Source of the DNA: an uncultured Candidatus Saccharibacteria bacterium
GTDB taxonomy: Bacteria > Patescibacteriota > Saccharimonadia > UBA4664 > CAZJNH01
Direction of reading: 5' to 3'
NCBI GenBank assembly: GCA_964478595.1
Contig: CAYZIN010000001.1
Coordinates: 4,294 to 68,293 of the forward strand
DNA length: 64,000 nt
A model generated the notes under the pieces. That model did no database searches and had not been told where the DNA came from. It was given only the letters and a program-made list of their open reading frames with translations. Of the stretch, positions 26,940-37,835 are shown piece after piece. Position 1 is the first letter of the stretch. Every line of letters starts with the position of its first letter. Both the position numbers and the translations under genes were made by a program.

Positions 26940-27966
26940 AATCAATAAGCGCTTAACTGCCGCGACATTTTTAGTTGCTCTGACCTTGGCCGGCTGGGCG
27001 CTTTACCGTTCGGGCAGGCCTGTAGCGATGCCAAAAATTGCCGTTTCGCTAAAAGCCCACAATCCGCCAAAAACCCAAGACCCAATTCAAATCGAAGCCA
27101 TCAAAGCGCGCAAGTATACCGCAAGTCCCGTCGTGACTGAACAAAATCTCGGTGAACAAGGCGGCTACACTGCTTCGATTGTTTCCTATCGTTCAGATGG
27201 TTTGAAAATTTACGCACTACAAGCAGTGCCCGATGGCACCAAACCAGCCGGCGGGTGGCCGGTTGTAGTTTTTAACCACGGCTATATCAATCCATCACAG
27301 TACCAAACCAACGGAGCGGCGTATCGCGATTGGGTCGCGGTCATCGCGAAAGCCGGGTTCGTCGTCGTCAAGCCCGATTACCGCGGCAACGGCAATAGCG
27401 AAGGCGTAGCGGAAGGGGGCCACTTCTCGTCGGTTTATGCGTATGACGACTTAAATTTAATCGCCAGCCTAAAAAGTTATAACCTCGTGAATCCTAAGCG
27501 GATCGGGCTGTTTGGCCACAGCATGGGCGGGCACGTTAGCCTGCGAACCTTAGTAGTGTCAAAAGACATTAAAGCCTCGGTCTTAGCTGCCGGGTCGGAC
27601 AGTTCAATGCAAGACATTTTCTACAATTGGCCTAACTCCCCCGCCCCGTTTGACCAACCGGCAATCGTCCAAACCGATCGCCAGAACTTAATTAATAAAT
27701 TCGGGACACCCCAGAGTAATCCAACTTTTTGGAATTCGGCCTCGGCCATAAACTACGTTGGCAATATTTCTGGGGCGGTCCAGGTTGATCAAAGCGTTAG
27801 CGATAGCGTCGTACCCAAACTGTTTTCGGATCACGTGGTTGATGCCTTGCAAAAAGCTGGCAAAAGCGTGGAGTACTTTACCTATCCTGGTGATGATCAC
27901 AACTTTTCTTATAACCGCGCGGCTTTCTTTCAACACGTCATCGCCTTCTATCAAACCCATCTTTAA
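26923..27966 (+). CDS. alpha/beta hydrolase (prolyl-oligopeptidase S9 / dienelactone-hydrolase-like)
   Basis: 347 aa; membrane anchor, GHSMGG nucleophile elbow, later Asp and His (PGDDHNF). Confidence 0.7.
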   Translation: MKQKTEINKRLTAATFLVALTLAGWALYRSGRPVAMPKIAVSLKAHNPPKTQDPIQIEAIKARKYTASPVVTEQNLGEQGGYTASIVSYRSDGLKIYALQAVPDGTKPAGGWPVVVFNHGYINPSQYQTNGAAYRDWVAVIAKAGFVVVKPDYRGNGNSEGVAEGGHFSSVYAYDDLNLIASLKSYNLVNPKRIGLFGHSMGGHVSLRTLVVSKDIKASVLAAGSDSSMQDIFYNWPNSPAPFDQPAIVQTDRQNLINKFGTPQSNPTFWNSASAINYVGNISGAVQVDQSVSDSVVPKLFSDHVVDALQKAGKSVEYFTYPGDDHNFSYNRAAFFQHVIAFYQTHL

Positions 27967-28045
27967 GTCATGCTAGGATAGGTTTAGTTTTGAGGGGAAA
28001 ACTATCCGCAGTTCGAATATAAAATACATACCGGAGCTCGACCAG

Positions 28046-29182
28046 TTGCGAGGCTTGGCGGTGCTGCTGGTTTTTTATTTTCACTCCGTCGCCGCCAATG
28101 CCGTAGCCCCTTATTTTTTCGGAGTCTCACCAAACGCCGCGCCGATTGCCCACTCCCCCGCCGATGTAATTTTGATTAACGGTCTTACCGGGGTAACTTT
28201 GTTTTTTGTGATCAGCGGGTTCATTTTTACCTGGGGCGCCTTCGAAACTTCCTACCTGAGCTGGCGGCGATTTTATTTAAATAGGATCTTACGGATTGCA
28301 CCGCTTTATTTACTCATAAATTTGGCGGCCTTTTTGCTGCCTCATGGCAATATGCCGTTATGGCAATTTGGCTTAAATCTAATCGGTTTCGGCAACTTCC
28401 ACCGAGGCTTTGGTATTTACGACACAGTTTTATGGACGATATCGCTCGAGATCCAGTTTTATTTACTCTTCCCGCTGTTGATGTTTTGGCTCAAAAGACG
28501 CGGCGAAATACTGCTCTGGGCATTAATTGGCATAATGCTCATAACTCGACTGTTAGTTAGGCTAGACGGCCCCTACGTTCACGACTTGGTGTATTACGGT
28601 CTTTTTGGCCGGCTCGACCAATTTTTAGCCGGTATGATTTTAGCTTGGCAGGCTAAAAAGCGCGGGTGGTTAAGCACAGACAAAACGCCCAGGGCAGATC
28701 TGTTTGGCGGGTTGATGTTTTCGGTCTTTGCCCTCGTAACTTTAGAGTGGATTTACCTAAAAACCGGCTGGAAATACGGCGAATCATTCTTTTTAGTTTT
28801 GTGGCCCACTTTGGAGGGGCTGGGTTGGGCCACCGTGATCGGTTATTACATCCGGTTTATTAGGCAGGGCTCGCCAAAATGGACAAAGCCACTACAGTTC
28901 GTCGGAGTAATCAGCTTTTCGCTCTATATTTTGCAGTACCCCTTAATTAAACTGCTTCAGCAGTACGGCTGGCAGCTCAACTGGCCAGGGCATCGTTTAG
29001 GGTCTGGACTGCTGTCGGCAACCTTCATAGCTTTGCCTATCGCACTAATAGGGGCGACCATTACTTATTATCTAATCGAAAAACCGCCTTTAAAATTGCG
29101 GCGGAGCTATACGACTATCGGGCGGGCTAAACTGTCGAAGGCGTGGGCGGTCTTTAATAAACCACCACGGCCTGATTACTAA
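28046..29182 (+). CDS. acyltransferase family 3 (membrane O-acyltransferase)
   Basis: 378 aa; LRGLAVLLVFYFH N-terminal motif and about 10 TM helices. Confidence 0.7.
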   Translation: MRGLAVLLVFYFHSVAANAVAPYFFGVSPNAAPIAHSPADVILINGLTGVTLFFVISGFIFTWGAFETSYLSWRRFYLNRILRIAPLYLLINLAAFLLPHGNMPLWQFGLNLIGFGNFHRGFGIYDTVLWTISLEIQFYLLFPLLMFWLKRRGEILLWALIGIMLITRLLVRLDGPYVHDLVYYGLFGRLDQFLAGMILAWQAKKRGWLSTDKTPRADLFGGLMFSVFALVTLEWIYLKTGWKYGESFFLVLWPTLEGLGWATVIGYYIRFIRQGSPKWTKPLQFVGVISFSLYILQYPLIKLLQQYGWQLNWPGHRLGSGLLSATFIALPIALIGATITYYLIEKPPLKLRRSYTTIGRAKLSKAWAVFNKPPRPDY

Positions 29183-31010
29183 TCCCCGGCACCGCATTCA
29201 TGTTCCCCAAAAGTGCTCCGGCCGACCAGTAAGAAGCTGAGTCGGTCCAAGGGTCGTTAACATAAAACCCAATCGGATTATCGGCGCTGCCATAAACACC
29301 GTAGACCACCCGGGCGTGCATTACGCTCGTCGCGTTAACCGGTCCGCCGGGAGTATTCCAGGTTTCGGCGAAGTCGTTCCCAATATGGCCATAGACCTCC
29401 ACTGGATTGCCGGCGTAGATGTTTGAAGCAATAAACTGAGCCGAGACTCCGTAGAATGAACTAGCACTGCGACCGTAACTTTGGGCGGCTGCTGCTACCG
29501 GTCCGGAATACACCCCATACCCCACATTCCAGTCAAACGTATCAATAAAGCCAACGAACATGTGGTTTGGATCATCCCAACTATTTGTGCTGGTGTCTTT
29601 TGCTCGGGGGTTGTAGCCAATTTTCCCAACGATATCCATCTCAGACGTCTGAATGCCCCTGTACGCCAGCAGCATCCGCAGTGATGTCAATTCGCAACTA
29701 CGTCCATACGGCTGCGCAAACAGCGGCACTCCAAGTTTGATGGTTTGTGATGTCGTGGTATAAGAGCCGCTTTGGACAACAGCGCTAGGCAGTCCCCAAG
29801 TTGGGGTCACCCCTGGCGCGATCTGAAAAGTATAGCCAGTTTGATAAGCGGCACCCGAAGGATAATAGGTCATGGTATTGCCGGACCAGGAGAACTTACC
29901 GGCAAGTGTCGGGCTAACGCTGAAGTGGGCCTGTGCCGAGGCGTGGTCAACCGCCTGGTCAAAAGTAATGTTCATGGGAGCGTTAAGCGATACCACTCCC
30001 CCGGGACTAAAGCTGGCTGTAACGGCTCCGTTGGTGGCGAATTGATACGGATGATCCGCCTCCAGCACTCCGCCAACTTTGGATCGCAAGCCTTTATTAA
30101 CCTGATATTTATAGGTCTTCCCCGGCTCCAGCGACGACGGCTTAAATTGATAAGTTTTGGGGTTTATCCAAGCGCCCTTGCCGGCCAGATCAAATTTGAA
30201 AGCGTTTGAACTGGTATTCATCGCCTGGTCAAAAACTATATCAACGGTTTGATCCTTGTTGAAGTGATCGCCGCTGCGGGCAGAGACGATAGCCGGTTGA
30301 GTTACAGTAATAAACTTGGATTTTAAAACCAGGCGGTTTTGCGGTGGCAAGCTGGGGTCTTCAACCGAAAAAGTATAGCTAGTTCCTTGTTTAAGCGAAG
30401 CGGCGGGCTTCCAGCTTAGGGTCTGGCCGGTAGAAGTCTGGTTCAACTTAACCGCCGGTTCCAGTTTTGCTACCAACTGCCTGGAATAATGAGTCGATTC
30501 GCTTTGGACGACGGTCAGATCGGCCGAAACACCGACATTTTGCGAATTGTTGGTTGGAGTAATGGATTGGATACCAATGGCTATCTCGGTTGTGAAAAAC
30601 CGATGAATATCGGGCAGCGCCATGCCGGTTAAAGAGCGCTTTAGGCCGGTGACCTCAACGGAGTAAGTCTTGGCAACCTTGAGCTTATCTTTAGGCGTAA
30701 ATTGAACTGCTGATACCCCTAAAGGAGTGCGAATTTGGCGCCAACTGCCCGGTGTGGCCGGCGAAATTGATACTTGATACCGGCTCGAAACGTCTTGCCC
30801 GAACTCCAAGGTTACCGGCCCATTAACCGGGATAGAATCTTGATGAAACACCGCCGCCGAAAAAGGCATTTGGGTTCTGGCTAGAATTATTCCGACCGTC
30901 AAAATTAACCCCACCAACCCAATATGAGTTGGTTTTTTTAGCCAATTAAGCCCCTGCCGAAGCAGCGAACGGATTTTCGGCAACCTGAATTTCTTGCCGA
31001 TCAAATACAC
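29154..31010 (-). CDS. large secreted protein with repeated Ig-like/beta-sandwich regions and a C-terminal C39-like (papain-fold) peptidase domain
   Basis: 618 aa; N-terminal TM/signal; C-terminal region YGRSCELTSLRMLLAYRG ... GHIGNDF ... HARVVYGV gives a Cys/His arrangement like Peptidase_C39_2. Confidence 0.5.
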   Translation of the reverse strand: MYLIGKKFRLPKIRSLLRQGLNWLKKPTHIGLVGLILTVGIILARTQMPFSAAVFHQDSIPVNGPVTLEFGQDVSSRYQVSISPATPGSWRQIRTPLGVSAVQFTPKDKLKVAKTYSVEVTGLKRSLTGMALPDIHRFFTTEIAIGIQSITPTNNSQNVGVSADLTVVQSESTHYSRQLVAKLEPAVKLNQTSTGQTLSWKPAASLKQGTSYTFSVEDPSLPPQNRLVLKSKFITVTQPAIVSARSGDHFNKDQTVDIVFDQAMNTSSNAFKFDLAGKGAWINPKTYQFKPSSLEPGKTYKYQVNKGLRSKVGGVLEADHPYQFATNGAVTASFSPGGVVSLNAPMNITFDQAVDHASAQAHFSVSPTLAGKFSWSGNTMTYYPSGAAYQTGYTFQIAPGVTPTWGLPSAVVQSGSYTTTSQTIKLGVPLFAQPYGRSCELTSLRMLLAYRGIQTSEMDIVGKIGYNPRAKDTSTNSWDDPNHMFVGFIDTFDWNVGYGVYSGPVAAAAQSYGRSASSFYGVSAQFIASNIYAGNPVEVYGHIGNDFAETWNTPGGPVNATSVMHARVVYGVYGSADNPIGFYVNDPWTDSASYWSAGALLGNMNAVPGISNQAVVVY

Positions 31011-31055
31011 CCCTTAAATAAGCATTACCATTGTATATAAAAACCTTGGAAGCTT

Positions 31056-31424
31056 CTAGCTAAGCTCGTCGGCCAAGACAATTGCAATCAGTTTAGCAAC
31101 ACCCCAACCTATTAAGCCAAACACTGCCATAGCTATGAGTGTGGCGGGTTCAAACACCGAAACGGTTTCGACTCCCATTGTGGTAGCGGAGTGAAAAATC
31201 GAGCGAAACGGCGACATTAAAATCCCAGCCAGAGTGTAAACAAATGAGACGAACCCGCTATTTGGATTAGCGCCAAACAGCTTAAACAAAAACCGGAAAG
31301 CCAGGATGCTTTCGATAGCTCCCAAAGCGTAGTAAACCAGATGGTACGCCTCAAAAAAATGCCGGCGCTCTTCTTGCAACGCTGCCGATCGGCTGCTGGT
31401 GGTTTTTGGTTTCGACTTTTTCAT
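31056..31424 (-). CDS. small multi-TM membrane protein
   Basis: 122 aa; three hydrophobic helices. Confidence 0.45.
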   Translation of the reverse strand: MKKSKPKTTSSRSAALQEERRHFFEAYHLVYYALGAIESILAFRFLFKLFGANPNSGFVSFVYTLAGILMSPFRSIFHSATTMGVETVSVFEPATLIAMAVFGLIGWGVAKLIAIVLADELS

Positions 31425-31445
31425 GAGAATTCCCTCCTTAATATA

Positions 31446-32819
31446 TCACGAAGCATAAGAACTACACTCAGATGCCGGCGTTTGCCCCGACGTTAGTTGT
31501 CCCAGCCAATTCAAGACTGGACCCTTCCCGGCACTAAACATTGATGAGTAGTGATTAGCGTCTGAAAGTGCCCACTGAAGGTTTGATTGGTTGCCTTTGC
31601 ATATACGGTGAGCCAGATCGGTCTGGGCACCAACCAAGATTACCTGGTCTTTACGGCCCGAGACCATTAGCACCGGCACGTCTTCTGGCTCCCCGGCTAA
31701 GTTTTGGTCTAGCTGATGGCCGAGATCTGGCGCCACCGAATTGATCGAGCCGGCTCGCATGGCGGCCAGAAAATTCGGTTGATAGAGGGCATCCAAACTG
31801 CTGGGCGTGCCGAAATACTCTATCCCGCTAGAGGCAAAAGGCTCGACGTCATTAATGCAGTATTTGGCGGCGTCGGCATCTAGGGTTGGGGAATACCTTG
31901 GAGTAAATATTGCCTGAGGATCGGTGGTTTGACCGTAGTAGTCTTTATAGGCGGCCACAACATATGGAGGAAGCCAAACGGTGGTGGCGCCTTTGGCGCT
32001 ATCGGCAAAGGTTCGCTGCATATCCGTGGCCGGCGCGAATAAAATAAGTCCAGCGATTTTGATTTCCGGAGCATATTTAGGCCTCAGCTTTTCCGCCCAC
32101 AAAGCGGCGTGGCCTCCTTGGGAGTAGCCGGCCAGAAACACCTGATCACTAACTACCGACCCTCGAAAATCCGGATCGGCCCGGAAAATCTGCATCGCCC
32201 GAACCAAATCAAGCATTACTCTGGCCTCACTTTCGCCTACGAAATAAGGCGAAATAACGCCGTTGCGGTTGGCGTAATCGGTCATCGCGACTGGGTACCC
32301 CTGGCCGGCATAAAAACTCAAAACGGAGTCGTAACTCCCCCAATTCTTACCGCTGTTACGCTCCAAAGTTGGGGCGCACGCAGGACCGGGACCAGTAGTA
32401 CCGGGACCGAAAGCGATCAGCGGTTGAGCGCCGGCCCCCACCGGTAAATAGGCTCGAGCGGTAACCTCGATCTCCTGTTGGTTGCGGGCATCAACACTGG
32501 TATAGGTAAAGTCGAACTCCTCTACCGAATAACGAGCGCCCGCCGGGGTTAGGTTCCCCGAGGGAGTAATTTTTCTAATTCGGCCCCCTACTGGTTGGGT
32601 CTTTGGCGTTTGCACCTTTATTTGCTTAGTTACTTCTGCCACCGGTCGGCGATACCACCATAAGGACAAGCTAATCAAAGCTAAAAGGCCGAGGATGATT
32701 TTATAACCATGGCGCCGGTGCCACTTAGGCAGTTGTTCGGTTTCAGCCGTAACTTCAGCTACCTCGGTAGGTTCTTCCTCGATTATTTCTTCCGGACTAG
32801 GAATATTGGTGTCAGGCAT
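31446..32819 (-). CDS. secreted lipase-like alpha/beta hydrolase (LIP / secretory lipase family)
   Basis: 457 aa; TM anchor; GYSQGGHAALWA nucleophile elbow. Confidence 0.6.
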   Translation of the reverse strand: MPDTNIPSPEEIIEEEPTEVAEVTAETEQLPKWHRRHGYKIILGLLALISLSLWWYRRPVAEVTKQIKVQTPKTQPVGGRIRKITPSGNLTPAGARYSVEEFDFTYTSVDARNQQEIEVTARAYLPVGAGAQPLIAFGPGTTGPGPACAPTLERNSGKNWGSYDSVLSFYAGQGYPVAMTDYANRNGVISPYFVGESEARVMLDLVRAMQIFRADPDFRGSVVSDQVFLAGYSQGGHAALWAEKLRPKYAPEIKIAGLILFAPATDMQRTFADSAKGATTVWLPPYVVAAYKDYYGQTTDPQAIFTPRYSPTLDADAAKYCINDVEPFASSGIEYFGTPSSLDALYQPNFLAAMRAGSINSVAPDLGHQLDQNLAGEPEDVPVLMVSGRKDQVILVGAQTDLAHRICKGNQSNLQWALSDANHYSSMFSAGKGPVLNWLGQLTSGQTPASECSSYAS

Positions 32820-32838
32820 AACTGCTTTCTAGCATACC

Positions 32839-33567
32839 TTATGGGTGGCAGGCTTTGACGGTCAGGCTGTTGATTAACCAATTGGTGCCGTCAAAACTAA
32901 AGGTCGCGTTATAGGTTGGGCCGTTAATGCCTTGGTCCCCCGTGTTGTACCAAGCCAAAACATCTGAGGCTGTGGTTTTGTCGCTAACCGTTTTGAAAGT
33001 AACCGAAGTTTTTAAGGCTTGGGGCGGGGATTGCCGACCGCAAGCAAATTGAGTGTAGGAGAAGCTGGAATTCATATTGCTGGTGGCATACTTTGAATTG
33101 TTGCCGTCGTTATCCATATAATCGTTGAACCAATTATTCACCAGTTGCTGCTCGGCCGCGGCGTCAAACAGCTTAATCAGTGGCTTGCTGGCGGAAAGAT
33201 ATTGCGTTGAGGCGTAGCCGGTTTGTCCCTGATAGTTAACTTTGTACCAGTTTCCGTCGCTGCAGCCTGCCAACACTCCGGCGGCATATGGCATTATCGA
33301 AACTACGATTGAGGATGTGTTTTTATCGGAACGCAACTTCAGCCCGTCGGTGGCGGTAACGTACATAGTCGTGCCGGTCGAACAGCCGCTGACCGAGTTG
33401 GTTGAACTGGTTTTGGCGGCGCTGAGACTAGAAGCGGGCGCCGTAGCAGCTTTGTGGTGAGCCGAGTAAACTTTAAGACCAACAATTGCCAAAGCTAAAA
33501 CGACGATCGCACCAATAATAATTTCGACGACTAATGCGATGCCACGCTGATCGCGTAAAAGCTTCAT
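32839..33567 (-). CDS. type IV pilin-like protein
   Basis: 242 aa; MKLLRDQRGIALVVEIIIGAIVVLALAIVGLKVYSAHH N-terminus paralogous to the other pilin-like genes. Confidence 0.65.
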   Translation of the reverse strand: MKLLRDQRGIALVVEIIIGAIVVLALAIVGLKVYSAHHKAATAPASSLSAAKTSSTNSVSGCSTGTTMYVTATDGLKLRSDKNTSSIVVSIMPYAAGVLAGCSDGNWYKVNYQGQTGYASTQYLSASKPLIKLFDAAAEQQLVNNWFNDYMDNDGNNSKYATSNMNSSFSYTQFACGRQSPPQALKTSVTFKTVSDKTTASDVLAWYNTGDQGINGPTYNATFSFDGTNWLINSLTVKACHP

Positions 33568-33626
33568 GGTTTAATTATCAAGTACTAATCTAGCATGTCA
33601 ATAAGCGTAAGCAGTATAATGAACAT

Positions 33627-34040
33627 ATGAATACCCACCCCAAAGTTCGTCATCCTAAAGAACTCCTCGCTGCCAAAAAAGCCAAGCAAAATAAAGCGTT
33701 GCGGGTTAATGACGCCATCCTGACATGGATCACTAACCACGTTTTGGCCTCGGTCATCTTATTTGATATCGCGCTCGTAGTGCCGCTGTTGGTGTTGCCG
33801 GCTCCTTCGGGCATTAAAATTACCCTCGGTGTAATTTCCGGCAGCTGGATTCAGTGGTGGGCTTTGCCCGCATTGCAGCGCAGTCAGAACAAAATTCAGG
33901 CCAAACAAGACGCTAAGGCCGAGGTTGACCACGAAACCCTAACGCACTTGGCCATTTTGCAAGATGAACAAATGAAAGAGCTGGCCGCCATCAGCAAATT
34001 GAGCACGCAGATCCACGCCGGTTTGAAATCAAAAAAATAA
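33627..34040 (+). CDS. membrane protein (137 aa), possibly DUF1003-like
   Basis: Two TM helices, then a coiled C-terminal tail. Confidence 0.4.
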   Translation: MNTHPKVRHPKELLAAKKAKQNKALRVNDAILTWITNHVLASVILFDIALVVPLLVLPAPSGIKITLGVISGSWIQWWALPALQRSQNKIQAKQDAKAEVDHETLTHLAILQDEQMKELAAISKLSTQIHAGLKSKK

Positions 34041-34041
34041 T

Positions 34042-35562
34042 ATGCTGACGCTGTTAGACTCCTGGCTCAACCGAATTACCATGTACCGGCTGATGCTGTA
34101 TTACCTAATTGCCATAGTGGCAGTTGCAGCTGGACTTAGCTGTCTCGGAATTTTAAGTTATAACCCACTTGGCATAGTTTTTCTGGCGCTCTATCTTTCG
34201 GGATTATGCTGGGGGGTGAATAAATTGCTAGCATGGGGATTTGATGCCCCCACCAACTCTGAGTCAGCGCTGATTACGGCTCTGATTCTGAGTCTCATTA
34301 TCACACCCCCGCATACTTTCCACGATCTGCTCTTTCCGACTCTAGCCGGGATTATAGCGATGGCTTCAAAATATTTGCTGACGATTCGGCGGGCGCACAT
34401 TTTCAATCCGGCTGCCATTGCGGTTGTGATCACGGCTTTAATTGGCCTTGGCACGGCTAGTTGGTGGGTTGGCACTAGTGTGATGTTGCCAGTAGTGTTG
34501 GTTGGCGGATTTTTGGTACTACGCAAAATCCAACGTGGTTGGATGGTCTTAACTTTTTTCAGTGTCGCCCTAGCCGAGCTGGCACTTCTGAGCGTCTGGC
34601 ACCATGCGGATATAGGTTTGGCATTGAAAAATGCCGTTTTAGTTTCGCCTTTAAGCTTTTTTGCCCTCGTTATGTTTACCGAGCCCTCAACCTCGCCCCC
34701 AACCGAAATTTTGCGATTGGGCTTCGCCGCTATTGCCGGAATACTTTACTCTTCAGGGGCACGCATTGGCGCCTTTTACCTGACTCCGGAGCTCGCCTTA
34801 GTCACCGTAAACGCCCTTGCCTACGTAGTTATGCCAAGATTTCGCCTTAAGCTGCATTTCAAATCTAAAAATCGGTTGGCCCCCGATATCGAAGAATTTA
34901 TTTTTACTCCGGCGAGGCCGATTAAATTTCAGCCCGGGCAATACCTGGAGTGGACGCTACCCCACAGCCACACCGACTCTAGGGGCAATCGGCGCTATTT
35001 CACAATTGCCTCTTCGCCAACCGAATCCGATCTACGGCTAGGTGTGAAGTTTTACCCCAATGGCAGCAGCTTCAAACGGACGCTACAGTCTGTTAATACC
35101 CAAAGCAAAATAATGGCTGGCAGATTGGCGGGTAGCTTTGTGCTACCCAAAAACCGCAACCAAAAATTGGTATTTATCGCTGGCGGAATTGGCGTGACGC
35201 CTTTTCGGTCGATGATAAAATTTCTACTCGACACCAACGACAAACGCACCATCACGCTTCTTTATGCTGAAAAAACCGAGTCTGAGTTGGTCTACACCAA
35301 TTTATTAAAAGATGCTGAGAAAAAATCTGTTCTAAAACCGGTTTTTGTCCTGTCGGAACAAAAAACTTTACCCAAAGGTTCTAGCTTCTGCGCCGGTTTA
35401 GTTGATGAGTCCTTGATAGCAAGGGAAGTTCCCGACTTTAAACAGCGCATCTTTTATGTGTCTGGACCCCATCCGATGGTTGCGGCACTAAAAACTACAC
35501 TTATCAAAATGGACGTGCCGCGGCGGCAAATTAAAACCGATTTCTTCCCCGGCTACGTTTAA
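34042..35562 (+). CDS. polytopic membrane domain fused to FNR-like FAD/NAD(P)-binding oxidoreductase domain
   Basis: 506 aa; about 8 TM helices then [10 protein letters not shown] (RxYS FAD motif) and GGIGVTP (NAD(P) motif). Confidence 0.7.
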   Translation: MLTLLDSWLNRITMYRLMLYYLIAIVAVAAGLSCLGILSYNPLGIVFLALYLSGLCWGVNKLLAWGFDAPTNSESALITALILSLIITPPHTFHDLLFPTLAGIIAMASKYLLTIRRAHIFNPAAIAVVITALIGLGTASWWVGTSVMLPVVLVGGFLVLRKIQRGWMVLTFFSVALAELALLSVWHHADIGLALKNAVLVSPLSFFALVMFTEPSTSPPTEILRLGFAAIAGILYSSGARIGAFYLTPELALVTVNALAYVVMPRFRLKLHFKSKNRLAPDIEEFIFTPARPIKFQPGQYLEWTLPHSHTDSRGNRRYFTIASSPTESDLRLGVKFYPNGSSFKRTLQSVNTQSKIMAGRLAGSFVLPKNRNQKLVFIAGGIGVTPFRSMIKFLLDTNDKRTITLLYAEKTESELVYTNLLKDAEKKSVLKPVFVLSEQKTLPKGSSFCAGLVDESLIAREVPDFKQRIFYVSGPHPMVAALKTTLIKMDVPRRQIKTDFFPGYV

Positions 35563-36152
35563 AGACGCTTCTCGGCTTCGGGCCAGTTAACGACGTTCCA
35601 GAAAGCATCAACGTAGTCTGGGCGGCGATTTTGATACTTCAGATAATAGGCATGCTCCCAAACATCGAGCCCCAGGATCGGCGTTTGTCCTTCCATCATC
35701 GGGCTGTCTTGGTTGGGGGAAGATGAGATCTTAAGTTTATCGCCATGTTTAACCACCCAAACCCAGCCGCTCCCAAAACGGCCAAGCGCGGCTTCTTTGA
35801 ATTTAGCTTTGAAATCATTAAACGAACCGAAGCTAGTCGTAATTAGGGCCGCAAGTTCCCCTTCCGGCTCCCCACCGCCGTCGGGACTCATCAGGGTCCA
35901 AAATAAACTGTGATTGGCGTGGCCACCGCCGTTATTACGAACCGCGGTTCTAATTTCATCGGGCACACGATCCAGCTGAACCAGCAGGTCTTCGATTGAA
36001 AGTTCCAGCAAGTCGGGATGGTCTTTTAGGGCGTCGTTGAGTTTGTCGACGTAAGCTTGGTGATGCTTAGCATGGTGGATTTCCATCGTTTTGGCGTCGA
36101 TGTGCGGTTCAAGAGCGTCATAGCCATAAGGCAACTCGGGCAGTTTAAACAT
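35559..36152 (-). CDS. sodA: superoxide dismutase, Fe/Mn family
   Basis: 197 aa; [32 protein letters not shown] and DVWEHAYY signatures. Confidence 0.9.
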   Translation of the reverse strand: MFKLPELPYGYDALEPHIDAKTMEIHHAKHHQAYVDKLNDALKDHPDLLELSIEDLLVQLDRVPDEIRTAVRNNGGGHANHSLFWTLMSPDGGGEPEGELAALITTSFGSFNDFKAKFKEAALGRFGSGWVWVVKHGDKLKISSSPNQDSPMMEGQTPILGLDVWEHAYYLKYQNRRPDYVDAFWNVVNWPEAEKRL

Positions 36153-36185
36153 TTTCCCTCCAATAATTACCTTACAATGTTACAC

Positions 36186-36218
36186 CAAAAGAAAGACCCC
36201 CGACCTTGCGGCCGGGGG
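36186..36218 (-). terminator. rho-independent terminator for the L,D-transpeptidase gene
   Basis: CCCCCGACC ttgc GGCCGGGGG stem (1 mismatch); on the minus strand it is followed by a T-rich tract (plus-strand aaagaaaga). Confidence 0.55.
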
Positions 36219-36232
36219 CTTCCCGATTCCTG

Positions 36233-36877
36233 TTACTGCTGAACGATGACGGTCGCCTTCTCTGGAATCCAGTGGTAGAACGCATAGGCGTCAGACCACG
36301 GGATCCGCACACAGCCGTGCGAGGCATTGGTGCGATAAGGAACATTTTCGCCATGGATGGCGTCAAGGTTCCCTTTAAACCACACTGGCCACTTCATGAG
36401 CCCGATTGTTGAGTCGTACCAGCCGTCGGGTCCCATATTGTCGACCCCGCCGTTGTAGTCCGAGATGTCTTGGCGATGAGCCGTAAACACTCCGGTTGGA
36501 GTGTTCGCGTCACCGCTGTTCTCGTGACCCTTGTAGAACTCGTCGTAGTGACCACCTTTGCCAGAGGAAACCGGCAACGTGCCAACGATCAGGCCGTCTT
36601 GCATCTCGTATAACTGAAAGTCTGAGATGTCGACCACGACGTAGCGACCCTTGAGGTCGGCGATGTGATCGTAGGGTGGGGTAGTCGGCCGCGGCGGGAG
36701 ATATGACATCTTCGACTTCGGCACAATTACGCGTTGGGCACGGGCAGGTGCATGCGCCACCGACCCGGCCGGAGCCGTAACTCCGAGAGCCGAAAACGCT
36801 AATACCGACAACGAAACTATCAAACGGTGCACCCATCCTCCATTCGTACAGGGAATACGGTGCGAGCATAATACCAT
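36233..36877 (-). CDS. L,D-transpeptidase (YkuD domain)
   Basis: 214 aa; signal/TM, catalytic HGCVRIP motif. Confidence 0.8.
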   Translation of the reverse strand: MVLCSHRIPCTNGGWVHRLIVSLSVLAFSALGVTAPAGSVAHAPARAQRVIVPKSKMSYLPPRPTTPPYDHIADLKGRYVVVDISDFQLYEMQDGLIVGTLPVSSGKGGHYDEFYKGHENSGDANTPTGVFTAHRQDISDYNGGVDNMGPDGWYDSTIGLMKWPVWFKGNLDAIHGENVPYRTNASHGCVRIPWSDAYAFYHWIPEKATVIVQQ

Positions 36878-36926
36878 AAAATGTCAGAAATGTCAATCGA
36901 GTCAGACACTAGTTTGCATTACGCTT

Positions 36927-37835
36927 ATGCTCCTTTACAATGAGCTTATGCTTGAGGATGGGGTGGTTACCGCCGATTTTTTCGGTCGGCCCGCAAAAAA
37001 AATTTCGCCGCGAGCGATTTTAGCCGTTAGCGCGGTCTCTTTGGTGCTAGTTGGAGCGGTTTTCTTTGGTATCAAAAACATCGAGAGTGTGGTTACGCCA
37101 CTATCGGCAAATGCGGCATTGAGCCAAACGTCTGGTCAAACTCCACTGATTGCTCCAGTCCAAACTCAACTCAACCAATTCGTCTTAACTCAAAATACGC
37201 CTTACGGCATAGTGGTAATCAATTTGAAAAACGGTGAAACCTCGTCGATTAACCCCGACCAGCAATTTACCAGCGCCAGTTTTTATAAGTTATTTGTAGC
37301 GCAAGGTATTTTAGACAGGGTGGACAAAGGCCAGCTTAACCTCACCCAGAAAACTAGCACCGGACAGTCGGTTGACGATTGTTTGCGCGTTATGATTAAT
37401 ATTTCCGACAACAATTGCGGCCAGGCTCTCGGGGAAATAGTTGGGTGGCAAACTCACGATGCTGCCTTGCACGAGCTTGGATTTACCAACACCAGTCTTA
37501 GTGGTAACGATCTTCACACCACCGCCGAAGACGCCGCCACCTTCTTCAAAAAACTCTATGCCGGGCAGCTGCTAAGCCAGGCCGGCACCGGCAAGTTGCT
37601 GGGTTATCTGAAAGAGCAAAAAGTTAACAACCGACTGCCCTTAGGATTGCCGGGCGGAACAACCTTTGCTCATAAAACCGGTGATCTGGACGGATTGATG
37701 CACGACGGCGGAATTGTTTATGGACCGAAAACCGATTATGTGATTGTAGCGATGAGCGGGCCGTGGCAACACGACACAGATTCTTTTGCCCAATTCGCCA
37801 ATTTATCTTCGCGAGTCTACGGTTTATTGCAATAA
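36927..37835 (+). CDS. class A beta-lactamase-like serine hydrolase
   Basis: 302 aa; S-x-x-K (SFYK), SDN (ISDNNCG) and KTG (HKTGD) motifs in canonical order. Confidence 0.7.
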   Translation: MLLYNELMLEDGVVTADFFGRPAKKISPRAILAVSAVSLVLVGAVFFGIKNIESVVTPLSANAALSQTSGQTPLIAPVQTQLNQFVLTQNTPYGIVVINLKNGETSSINPDQQFTSASFYKLFVAQGILDRVDKGQLNLTQKTSTGQSVDDCLRVMINISDNNCGQALGEIVGWQTHDAALHELGFTNTSLSGNDLHTTAEDAATFFKKLYAGQLLSQAGTGKLLGYLKEQKVNNRLPLGLPGGTTFAHKTGDLDGLMHDGGIVYGPKTDYVIVAMSGPWQHDTDSFAQFANLSSRVYGLLQ

